Assembly: GCA_035575715.1 (NCBI GenBank)
Contig: DATLXN010000029.1
Coordinates: 14,079 to 78,078, forward strand
Direction of reading: 5' to 3'
Length of the DNA stretch: 64,000 nt
Source: Vicinamibacterales bacterium
GTDB taxonomy: Bacteria; Acidobacteriota; Vicinamibacteria; Vicinamibacterales; UBA2999
Part shown: piece after piece, positions 16,982-24,702 of the stretch
Layout of the letters: each line of letters begins with the position of its first letter
Numbering within the stretch: the first letter of the stretch is position 1
Made by a program: the position numbers and the translations under genes
Notes under the pieces: model-generated
What the model saw: the letters and a program-made list of their open reading frames with translations, nothing else
The model's database searches: none
What the model was told of the DNA's origin: nothing

Positions 16982-17074
16982 TAGCAGGGCGCGAACTGTA
17001 TCACGCTTGTGTGCAATGGTGGGACGAACGGGTAAACGAGGGTGATTTAACGGACGTAAAGCAGGGCCCCAGAC

Positions 17075-17179
17075 GTCGGTCGTCGGTCGTCGGTCGCCGG
17101 TCGTCGGTAGCCAGTGGTCGGTGGTCGGTGGTCGGTGATCGGTGTCCGGTAGCCGGTGGCCGGTAGCCGGTAGCCGTTA
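17075..17179. repeat. heptanucleotide tandem array, about 15 units (GTCGGTC / GTCGGTG / GCCGGTA variants)
   Basis: Strict 7-nt register from 17075: gtcggtc x3, gccggtc, gtcggta, gccagtg, gtcggtg x3, atcggtg, tccggta, gccggtg, gccggta x2, gccgtta. Confidence 0.9.
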
Positions 17180-17237
17180 ACCGGACGCCCGAAGGTGCCT
17201 GATTTTTTGTTACCCTACCGCGAAGCTGTCCTACCGG

Positions 17238-17388
17238 CCGAAGGCTGGTCCCACCGCGAAGCGGTCCTTAAGAGGACCGAACCCCAAAAAGAAAAGGCCG
17301 GACACCCGAAGGTGCCGGCCTTTTGTCGCCCTCCCGCGACGCGGTCCGACCAGCCCGAAGGCTGGTCCCACCGCGAAGCGGTCCTTAA
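17238..17388. repeat. 34-bp perfect direct repeat pair (CCGAAGGCTGGTCCCACCGCGAAGCGGTCCTTAA)
   Basis: Copies at 17238-17271 and 17355-17388. The second copy contains the TAA stop of the TonB-dependent receptor gene. Confidence 0.9.
17283..17320 (-). terminator. intrinsic terminator downstream of the TonB-dependent receptor gene
   Basis: Minus strand GGCCGGCACC-UUCG-GGUG(U)CCGGCC followed by UUUUCUUUUU. TTTT also follows on the plus strand, so it may be bidirectional. Confidence 0.75.
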
Positions 17389-20324
17389 AAGTCGAAGCGG
17401 ACGCCGAAGCGGACGATGCGCGGGTCGAGAATGCCCGTCACTTCCCGATACAACGAGTCGATTGCCGGCGACGTGGCTGTCGCGCGCGCCCCAGCGGTCG
17501 TCTGCCTGAAGGCCGTGACCGGTGCGGCGTTGCCGACGTTGAAGGCGTCGATCATGCCCGTCACCCGGGCGGCCCGACCGAACTTGAACGTCTTGTCCAG
17601 ACGGAAGTCGAGGATGCTCACCGTCGGATACCGGTTTGCGGTGATCGGTTCCACCCGCACGGTCTGCGTGCTGTCGCCAGGAAACGCGACGCTGATGGTG
17701 CGACCGTAGTTCTGGCCGCTCTGGACCTTCCACGAGCCTGACACGCCGAGATCGAAGGGCAACAGATAGCGGCCGATGACCTTGTAGTTCCACGTCGTCG
17801 ACGTTTCCCGTCCAAACTCGTCGCCAAACAGGCGACGGGCCGGTCGATACGAGAAGAAGCGGGTGTAGCCGGTTGTGTCGTGTTGCATTGTCGACCAGGT
17901 GTAGCCGGCCGAGCTGAGCAACATCCACTTGCCGGAGAACCGGCGATTCACGGCCAGTTCTACAGTGTGGTAATCAGCGTCGGCCCCCTCCGGATTAGTG
18001 AAGACACGGTCGGTGCCAATGGTGGCCGGTCGGTCGAAGGTGTTGAAGGTCTGATCATCGCCGTTGCCGGCGATATTGTCCGGACCCGGGTCTCTGATCG
18101 TGAACGGAACCGTGTAGGCTGGCGTACGGATGGCATCCTCTTCCCCCCAGATGTTCCGCATGTTCTTGTAAACATACGATGCGCGTCCAGACAACCCTTG
18201 GACGATTTCGCGTTCGACGTTGGTCGACAGCTCGTTACTAGTCGGGCGGACAAAGTCGCGATCGATCCGGACGAAGCCGCCGCCGCCCTGTGTGGAAACG
18301 AAATTGCCGAGCTCCTGCGGACCGTCAAGCAAACGATTGCTGTTCAGGTCGCAGTTGGTGGTGCGCTCCGCCGTGCACGGCAGGAACTGATAGCGCAACT
18401 GGGCGCGGCCGACCGGGTTTTCGAGGTCAGCTAGTTCGTCGGCCGAGTTCCAGCGGGATTGCCCGAAGTAGACCTTCAGCACCGTCCGGTTATCGCCGGT
18501 CAGGTCATAGGCCATCCCGACGCGCGGCGACAACGTCTTGGTGTTGGCGACATCGCGCGCCGCGACCGTTTGCGGCGCGATGAACGACTGGTAGCGCGCA
18601 TCGTTAAAGCCCGAGAGCTGTGGCAGGCCATTAGGCGTGAACTGCTGCTCCGGCCAGCCGTCGCGGTAGGTCTCAAAGCGCAACCCGAGGGTGGCAGTGA
18701 GCCGATTGGTCAGCTTCCACGTATCGTTCACCCACAGGGAGTTGTATTCCACGTCGTTGACCGGTGAGGTGGGGGTGTTGTAGAGGTCCACCTGGTTCAC
18801 CAAGCCGTTGTTGTCTCGATAGAAGATGTCGAAGGGCTGGTCGCGGAACAGGTTGCGACGGTCGCGTTTCCAGTCATAACCGACCTTGAAGTCGTGGCTG
18901 CCCGCCCAGCCGTCCTGGAAGTAGCTCAGGGTGGTATAGAACTGCGGCTTGTACCGCTTTTGGTCCTGATAGCTGTCGTTGCCGCCGCCGTCAAAGCGGA
19001 TGAGCGTGGCCTCGTCGCGTCGGCCGGGACCCCACGGTCCGTCGTAGAGGCCGAAGTCGCGGGTCGGCCGCAGCGGGAAGAAGTTGTACCACTGGCCGGC
19101 CAGCACATCGAGGAAGGCCCGGCTGCCAAGGACACTGGTCCATTCGACTTTCATCGGATAGTTGCGTGAGGCCTGGTACTGCGCGGCAGACAGCGGCGTC
19201 GATGGGCCAAGCCCGCGCTTGTCCTGAAGCTTTTCGCGCTTGTTGAGAAAGCCGATCACCTGATTGTTGCGGTTGAGCTGGAAGGTGCCCTTGAAGGTGT
19301 ACTTGTTGGAAAGTTTCGACCGCTCGATTAAGTCCGAGCCCAAGGTGAACTTGTACTGATCATTGAGACGCCAGCTGGTAAAGAACCACGCCTTCTGCTT
19401 CCATAGGGGCCCACCGACGTTGAAGTTGATGTCGTATTGCCGATCGATGGGATTGCCCCGGGTCAGTGCATTTCGCACAAAGAAATTCCCGCCGTCGCCC
19501 TGCGGCTTGCCCACGCTGAGGAAGCCTGGGACGTTGTTGTCAATGGTCGCGTCGCCTTCCCAGTCGCTGTAGTAGCTGCCAGTGAAGCGGTCGCCGCCAG
19601 ACTTGACGCTCAGACTCAGCACCGCGCCGCCGGCAAACGCCGAGGCGTCCGCGCCAGCGCCGCCGACCGACATTTCCTCGAACGACCCGAAATCGAAATA
19701 GCCGGCGTTGCCGTTTGTGCCCTCGGTCGTGTCAATGCCCTCGAGCTTGGTCTGGTTCTGATCGTCGAAGCCGTAGGTGCGATAACCAGTCTGAACGCCG
19801 GTGCGCGAGCCACCAACGTCGTAGGAGGTCATCTGCAGTCCCGGCGCCTGTGACATGGCTGCCCAGATATCGCGAGCGTTAGGGATGTCGGTGAGCAGTT
19901 CCTTGGTAAAGTTGGTGCCCAGTGTGGTCGTCGAGGTGTCAACGACTGGCGATTCACCGGTGACCGTCACGGTTTCCTGCAGCGTTGCCAGTTCCAGTTT
20001 CTGGTCAACCGTCAAGGTCTGGTTAATCACCACGCGAATGCCTTCGCGTTTCACGCTCTGAAAGCCGGCTAGTTCGAACCCGACCACGTAGGTGCCGGGC
20101 GGAAGCGCCAGAAAACGGAAGGAGCCGTCGTCGCCGGTGACTTGCACCTGCGGCTGGATCAGCGCCGGGCTGCTGACCGTGACCGTGACGCCCGGCATGA
20201 TCGCACCGCTGTTATCCGTCACCGTGCCGTTGACACGGCCACGGAAGTCCTGTGCGCTGGTGGACGCCACTGCCGTAAGCAGCACCAGACACAGGCTCAC
20301 CGCAAATTTCTTGCTCAGCCTCAT
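17385..20324 (-). CDS. TonB-dependent receptor with N-terminal carboxypeptidase-regulatory-like domain
   Basis: ATG at 20324 with GGAGGA 5 nt upstream. Signal peptide. GRVNGTVTDNSGAIMPGVTVTV...DGSFRFLALPPGTYVV. Terminal beta-strand ...VRFGVRFDF. Confidence 0.9.
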   Translation of the reverse strand: MRLSKKFAVSLCLVLLTAVASTSAQDFRGRVNGTVTDNSGAIMPGVTVTVSSPALIQPQVQVTGDDGSFRFLALPPGTYVVGFELAGFQSVKREGIRVVINQTLTVDQKLELATLQETVTVTGESPVVDTSTTTLGTNFTKELLTDIPNARDIWAAMSQAPGLQMTSYDVGGSRTGVQTGYRTYGFDDQNQTKLEGIDTTEGTNGNAGYFDFGSFEEMSVGGAGADASAFAGGAVLSLSVKSGGDRFTGSYYSDWEGDATIDNNVPGFLSVGKPQGDGGNFFVRNALTRGNPIDRQYDINFNVGGPLWKQKAWFFTSWRLNDQYKFTLGSDLIERSKLSNKYTFKGTFQLNRNNQVIGFLNKREKLQDKRGLGPSTPLSAAQYQASRNYPMKVEWTSVLGSRAFLDVLAGQWYNFFPLRPTRDFGLYDGPWGPGRRDEATLIRFDGGGNDSYQDQKRYKPQFYTTLSYFQDGWAGSHDFKVGYDWKRDRRNLFRDQPFDIFYRDNNGLVNQVDLYNTPTSPVNDVEYNSLWVNDTWKLTNRLTATLGLRFETYRDGWPEQQFTPNGLPQLSGFNDARYQSFIAPQTVAARDVANTKTLSPRVGMAYDLTGDNRTVLKVYFGQSRWNSADELADLENPVGRAQLRYQFLPCTAERTTNCDLNSNRLLDGPQELGNFVSTQGGGGFVRIDRDFVRPTSNELSTNVEREIVQGLSGRASYVYKNMRNIWGEEDAIRTPAYTVPFTIRDPGPDNIAGNGDDQTFNTFDRPATIGTDRVFTNPEGADADYHTVELAVNRRFSGKWMLLSSAGYTWSTMQHDTTGYTRFFSYRPARRLFGDEFGRETSTTWNYKVIGRYLLPFDLGVSGSWKVQSGQNYGRTISVAFPGDSTQTVRVEPITANRYPTVSILDFRLDKTFKFGRAARVTGMIDAFNVGNAAPVTAFRQTTAGARATATSPAIDSLYREVTGILDPRIVRFGVRFDF

Positions 20325-20561
20325 GGGGTTCCTCCGAAGTTCAAAACACACGACGACGCACGACCATAGCCAAATGGGACGCGCGACGAATCTCTGACTG
20401 GAAACGTCGATCTTACACGAAAATTCCCACGGCTGGGTTTATGCCGAACTGTCCGGACGTGGCTGTTGCGAGTGACGCGGAACCGTCGTGCGGTTCCGCG
20501 GGGAGGGGGGCGCTGTGACGACGGTGCGCCGGTGGGGAAGACTTGGTAGATACTCTCGGCC

Positions 20562-21809
20562 ATGCGAATCGTCTTTGGACTCATTGTTCTCGCCCTTGCC
20601 TCGCCGGCTTTTGCGCAACAGGACGCGGCGCAACTCGGCGCCAAGCTGCTCCAGGAGGCGGCCGTCAAGAACGCGGTCGAGGCCATCCGCGCCGCCGAAC
20701 CGCAAACCCTGGAGGATCAAGTCCGGCTTTGTGAAGTCGAAGCGCCGCCGTTCAAGGAAACCAAGCGCGCGCAACTGTACGCGCAGATGTTCAAAGAGAT
20801 CGGGCTGACCAATGTCCGCATCGACAAGGAGGGCAATGTCCTTGGCGAAAAACGCGGCACGCAGGCGCGTCCGCATCTGGTCTTCAGCGCCCACCTCGAT
20901 ACCGTGTTTCCCGAAGGCACCAATGTCACCGTCAAACGCGATGGGACGATGTTCCGCGCGCCGGGCATTGGCGACGATTGTCGCGGGCTCGCCGTCGTGC
21001 TCGCCGTCGCGCGTGCGATGGTCAAGGGCAACATCCAGACGCCGGGGACGATCACCTTTGTCGGGACCGTCGGCGAAGAAGGCCTCGGCGATCTGCGCGG
21101 CGTGAAATTTTTATTTCGCGAAGGCATGAAGGGACAAATCGATCGCTTCGTGTCGATCGACGGCACCGGCCTCGGCATGACGCACATCGCTGTCGGCAGC
21201 TTGCGCTACCGCGTGACCTTCAAAGGGCCGGGCGGTCACAGCTACGGCGCGTTCGGGATGGTCAACCCAATTCACGCGCTCGGCCGCGCGATGGCACGGG
21301 TCTCCGATTTCGAGGTGCCGCGCGAACCGAAAACGACGTTCAACGTCGGCCGGATCGGCGGTGGTACGTCGGTCAACGCGATTCCGTTCGAGGCATGGGC
21401 CGAAGTCGACATGCGTTCGGCCGACCAGGCCTCGCTGCAGTCGATCGACGCGAAATTTCACAAAGCGGTGGATGATGCGGTCGCTGACGAAAACGCGCGA
21501 TGGGGCAGCCGTCAGTTAACCGTGGAGAAGACCGTCGTCGGCAATCGCCCTGCCGGTCGAACCCCGGCCGACTCAGCGATCGTCTTAGCCGCTGTGTCGG
21601 CGACCCAGGCGCTGGGTTTTGCAGTGACGCTCGATGAGGGGTCAACCGACTCGAACATCCCGATGAACATGGGCATCCCGGCGATCACCATCGATGGCGG
21701 CGGGCGAGGCAGCGGCGCGCACGCGCTCGATGAGTCGTTTGATTCGACAAATTCATGGCAGGGCTCGCAGCGTGCGTTACTGCTTGCGATCGTGCTTGCT
21801 CAGCAGTAG
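20562..21809 (+). CDS. M20 family metallopeptidase (peptidase T / deacylase-like), secreted
   Basis: Signal peptide. HLVFSAHLDTVFPEGT, GIGDDCRGLAVVL and GTVGEEGLGDLRG. Confidence 0.85.
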   Translation: MRIVFGLIVLALASPAFAQQDAAQLGAKLLQEAAVKNAVEAIRAAEPQTLEDQVRLCEVEAPPFKETKRAQLYAQMFKEIGLTNVRIDKEGNVLGEKRGTQARPHLVFSAHLDTVFPEGTNVTVKRDGTMFRAPGIGDDCRGLAVVLAVARAMVKGNIQTPGTITFVGTVGEEGLGDLRGVKFLFREGMKGQIDRFVSIDGTGLGMTHIAVGSLRYRVTFKGPGGHSYGAFGMVNPIHALGRAMARVSDFEVPREPKTTFNVGRIGGGTSVNAIPFEAWAEVDMRSADQASLQSIDAKFHKAVDDAVADENARWGSRQLTVEKTVVGNRPAGRTPADSAIVLAAVSATQALGFAVTLDEGSTDSNIPMNMGIPAITIDGGGRGSGAHALDESFDSTNSWQGSQRALLLAIVLAQQ

Positions 21810-22343
21810 CTCTCGATAGCGCGCCAACTCCACGCCTCGCTGCTTGCGCATGCCGCGGTCGCAGTAGAGGAGCCAGACGATGAAAGCAGCGTGCGGCAGC
21901 GCCAGCACGATCAGTTCGAGCTGAATCGGCGCCGGAAAAATCACGGCGAGAAAGTTCAGGAGTGTGGCGAGGAGGAAGATCGGCAGGAAGAGCGGGTGCA
22001 CGCCTGCCCCAGGAAGCGCCGGTCCGAACAGCATTGCGCTCCGCTCCCAAGCCGGCGGAGCGAGGCGCGAAGCCTCGCCCTCGTCCGATTCTTCAAAAAA
22101 CGCCTGCAAATAACGGCCAATCCGTTCCACGCCGAGGTGCATTGAGCGAATCACTTCGAAGGTCGTGAGCAACACCAATAACGGCACAGTCGCTGCAATT
22201 GGATTCGGCAGCCAGATGAGGATGCAGACGAGCACAGCAGCCCACACGGAGATACCGGCGAGCGCCATGACCGGTCGAGCATTGCTGCGCGAGCGAATCG
22301 TTTCTCGGAGCGCGGCGTATTCCAGCCCGACCAGATCAGTCAT
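21777..22343 (-). CDS. hypothetical membrane protein (about 4 TM)
   Basis: 188-aa ORF with lower GC3 than its neighbours. Convergent 33-nt overlap with the M20 gene. Confidence 0.6.
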   Translation of the reverse strand: MTDLVGLEYAALRETIRSRSNARPVMALAGISVWAAVLVCILIWLPNPIAATVPLLVLLTTFEVIRSMHLGVERIGRYLQAFFEESDEGEASRLAPPAWERSAMLFGPALPGAGVHPLFLPIFLLATLLNFLAVIFPAPIQLELIVLALPHAAFIVWLLYCDRGMRKQRGVELARYRELLLSKHDRKQ

Positions 22344-22406
22344 TGGTAATATTTACACGCCGACCCGAGTGATCTCGCTAAGTGCCTGTGACATCTGGAG
22401 ATACAC

Positions 22407-22434
22407 TTGCGCTCTACAGGGAAGATGTTACAAT
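22407..22434 (+). promoter_or_regulatory. sigma-70-like promoter (TTGCGC-N16-TGT-TACAAT, extended -10)
   Basis: -35 at 22407-22412, TG at 22426-22427, -10 TACAAT at 22429-22434. About 100 nt upstream of the carboxypeptidase gene, in a lower-GC gap. Confidence 0.45.
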
Positions 22435-22533
22435 GCCGACTAGACATTATAGAAACACTTCTCTGCGATTGACTGAGAGGTCTGAGGTTCCCAGCCTTCG
22501 GCCCTTCTCCCTGGCTCCAGAAGCGAGATATTG

Positions 22534-23670
22534 ATGCAATCCGGTGCCGTTCGGAAAATGATGCGCCTCGCCGTTGCCGTGACGGTTGCGCTTGTGCTGG
22601 GTACACCCGCTGAGCCGCTTGCGGCAGCCCAGTCGCGACGCTCCTCCCGTCCGTCGGTCGCCAAGGTGGCCCAGGCTGGAAAGCGACCCGCGGCGAGAAA
22701 AAGGTCTGGCGCCAGAAAACCGGTCGCCAGCAGGGCAACCCGGCGCTATTCGGCGGCGGCTTCGCGTGCACGGGCGGCCCGCGTCGCGTCAGCGCGTGCA
22801 GCAGCCGTCGCCCGCACACGCGAGACGCAGACCCCCCGGTTCAAGCTGGATGACCTCGGCGAGCAGGTGCCGGACGTTCGCGCCGCGGCTGCGATCATCT
22901 ACAACCCCGAGACCAATCAGGTGTTGTGGGAATCGAACTCACAGGATCAGCTTTCGATCGCCAGCATCACCAAGGTGATGACGGCGCTGGTGTTCCTCGA
23001 ATCGGGGATGCCGCTGTCGACCCGAGTCAACGTGCAGCGCAGCGACGTTTATCGTGCCTCGACGACGTATATCCGCGTCGGCTACGAAGTCACTGCCGAC
23101 GATCTGTTGAATCTGTTGTTGATCGGGTCGGACAACGCGGCGGCGCGCGCGCTAGCGCGGGTGTCGCCCTATGGTGCGTCGGGCTTCGTCGACCGGATGA
23201 ATCAGAAGGCCGCCGAACTCGGACTCGAGCGCACCCACTATGCCGACCCGTCCGGGCTGCTCGCGTCAAACGTGTCGTCGGCCTACGACATGGCCCGCCT
23301 CATCGCGTTCGTCTCTGCGGACGAACGGATGGGCAGCGTGATGCGCAAAGCCAAGCACACCGTGTACGCGGGTAACCGCCAGATCAACGTATCGAGCACC
23401 AATCATCTGGTGCGCAGCGGTGAATTCGATGTGGTCGGCGGCAAGACCGGTTTCATCAGCCGTTCTGGGTATTGCCTGGCGACGATGCTTCGCTTGCCCC
23501 GGACCGGCCAGAAAGTCGCGGTCGTCGTGCTCGGCGCCCGGTCGAATCAAGGACGCTTCTGGGAGACGCGGCATCTGTTCAACTGGATGAGCACTCATAC
23601 ACAGAAGCTGTTGAATATGGGCGCGCAGCCCCAGCCCCAGCCGCGGGAGAACGACGCGGCACCGCAATAA
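22534..23670 (+). CDS. D-alanyl-D-alanine carboxypeptidase (peptidase S11, low-MW PBP)
   Basis: SIASITK (SxxK), GSDNAAA (SxN) and GGKTGF (KTG). Arg/Ala-rich N-terminal region. Start could be 22531, 22534 or 22558. Confidence 0.85.
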   Translation: MQSGAVRKMMRLAVAVTVALVLGTPAEPLAAAQSRRSSRPSVAKVAQAGKRPAARKRSGARKPVASRATRRYSAAASRARAARVASARAAAVARTRETQTPRFKLDDLGEQVPDVRAAAAIIYNPETNQVLWESNSQDQLSIASITKVMTALVFLESGMPLSTRVNVQRSDVYRASTTYIRVGYEVTADDLLNLLLIGSDNAAARALARVSPYGASGFVDRMNQKAAELGLERTHYADPSGLLASNVSSAYDMARLIAFVSADERMGSVMRKAKHTVYAGNRQINVSSTNHLVRSGEFDVVGGKTGFISRSGYCLATMLRLPRTGQKVAVVVLGARSNQGRFWETRHLFNWMSTHTQKLLNMGAQPQPQPRENDAAPQ

Positions 23671-23679
23671 CGCTCGTTT

Positions 23680-23700
23680 CCAGTTCCCAGTTGCCAGTTC
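23680..23700. repeat. heptamer repeat (CCAGTTS)x3
   Basis: CCAGTT at 23680, 23687 and 23694. Confidence 0.7.
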
Positions 23701-23704
23701 AAAG

Positions 23705-23736
23705 GGGCCGCCCACTCATGGGCGGCTTTTTTATTT
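23705..23736 (+). terminator. intrinsic terminator after the carboxypeptidase gene
   Basis: GCCGCCCA-CUCA-UGGGCGGC (23707-23726) followed by TTTTTTATTT. Confidence 0.8.
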
Positions 23737-23794
23737 CTGTTCGGGTAATCCGCCTTTGGCACTGACAACGGGTAAGTGGAAACTCTCGTCGCCC

Positions 23795-24667
23795 TTATCC
23801 GTTGTTAAACCCTTTTTGCATCACCACCGCGTCGAGCGGGAGCGTCGCGATCGAATCGAGCGCCGGCATGACCGCGCGTCCGGCGCGCCGGCCATCAAGC
23901 GTCTTGATATACCGTCGGCACGACTGGCAGGCGGTGACGCGATAGGTGCCGTCTGGTGTGGCGAAGCTGGTGATCATCTTCTTATCGCTCTCACCACAAA
24001 ACGGGCAGGCAATCGGTTCGGTCGGCCAACGCGTCTGACACCGGCCGCACACGAGCAGTCGCTCGCTGGTTGACGTGATGCACGCGAAGTCCGGTTCGCC
24101 GCCGCAGACCGGGCACACGCCGCGTTTCCAGGCGCCGAACGCGCCACGCTGCTGCAGCACGTCGGCACTGCGCACCAGAAACGGCCGCATCGCCCACGCC
24201 AGCACTTCGTCGAGCATTTCAATCGACGGATCGCTGGTGCCGCGGTCGAACCATTGGCAGGCGAGTTCAGGGAGGTTAGGGCTGCGGCCGACGTCGTGGA
24301 GACGTGCCATCGCGGCGGCATCAACGGCCTCGTGCCGTCGAAGAATGTCGGTGATCTGGCGAAATAGGAGGCGCGCTTCGTTCCAGTCGATCGGTAACCG
24401 ATCAAACGTGAGCAGAGGCTGCCCACTCGACAGACGCGTGGCAATTTCTTCGGCCGACAACATCACCGAGGCCGTCGCCACGCGTGTCTGAATTCGACGA
24501 AGAGCCGCAACGAGCTCGATCTGAAGCGACGCGGCCGCCGACAACTCGGGCTGGCGCTCGGCCAGCGCTCGGAGTTCCGCAACTTCTCGAGGGTCGTGGC
24601 GTGCACCAGGGGCAGGGCGCGACACAGTCGAGATTGTACAAGAAACACCGGCTTTGACGGCTGTCAC
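23795..24667 (-). CDS. fdhE: formate dehydrogenase accessory protein FdhE-like
   Basis: Four CxxC pairs in FdhE arrangement: CPVCGGEP...CGRCQTRW...CPFCGE...CQSCRRYIKTLD. Confidence 0.8.
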   Translation of the reverse strand: MTAVKAGVSCTISTVSRPAPGARHDPREVAELRALAERQPELSAAASLQIELVAALRRIQTRVATASVMLSAEEIATRLSSGQPLLTFDRLPIDWNEARLLFRQITDILRRHEAVDAAAMARLHDVGRSPNLPELACQWFDRGTSDPSIEMLDEVLAWAMRPFLVRSADVLQQRGAFGAWKRGVCPVCGGEPDFACITSTSERLLVCGRCQTRWPTEPIACPFCGESDKKMITSFATPDGTYRVTACQSCRRYIKTLDGRRAGRAVMPALDSIATLPLDAVVMQKGFNNG

Positions 24668-24702
24668 CTTTCAGACGCGCGGCGCCGCCATAATGTGAAG
24701 GC

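Noticed and set aside
17215-17928. 237-aa minus-strand ORF spanning the terminator and repeat region into the receptor gene
   Set aside because: It is out of frame with the TonB-dependent receptor, runs through hairpins and the terminator, and has Arg-rich junk composition.
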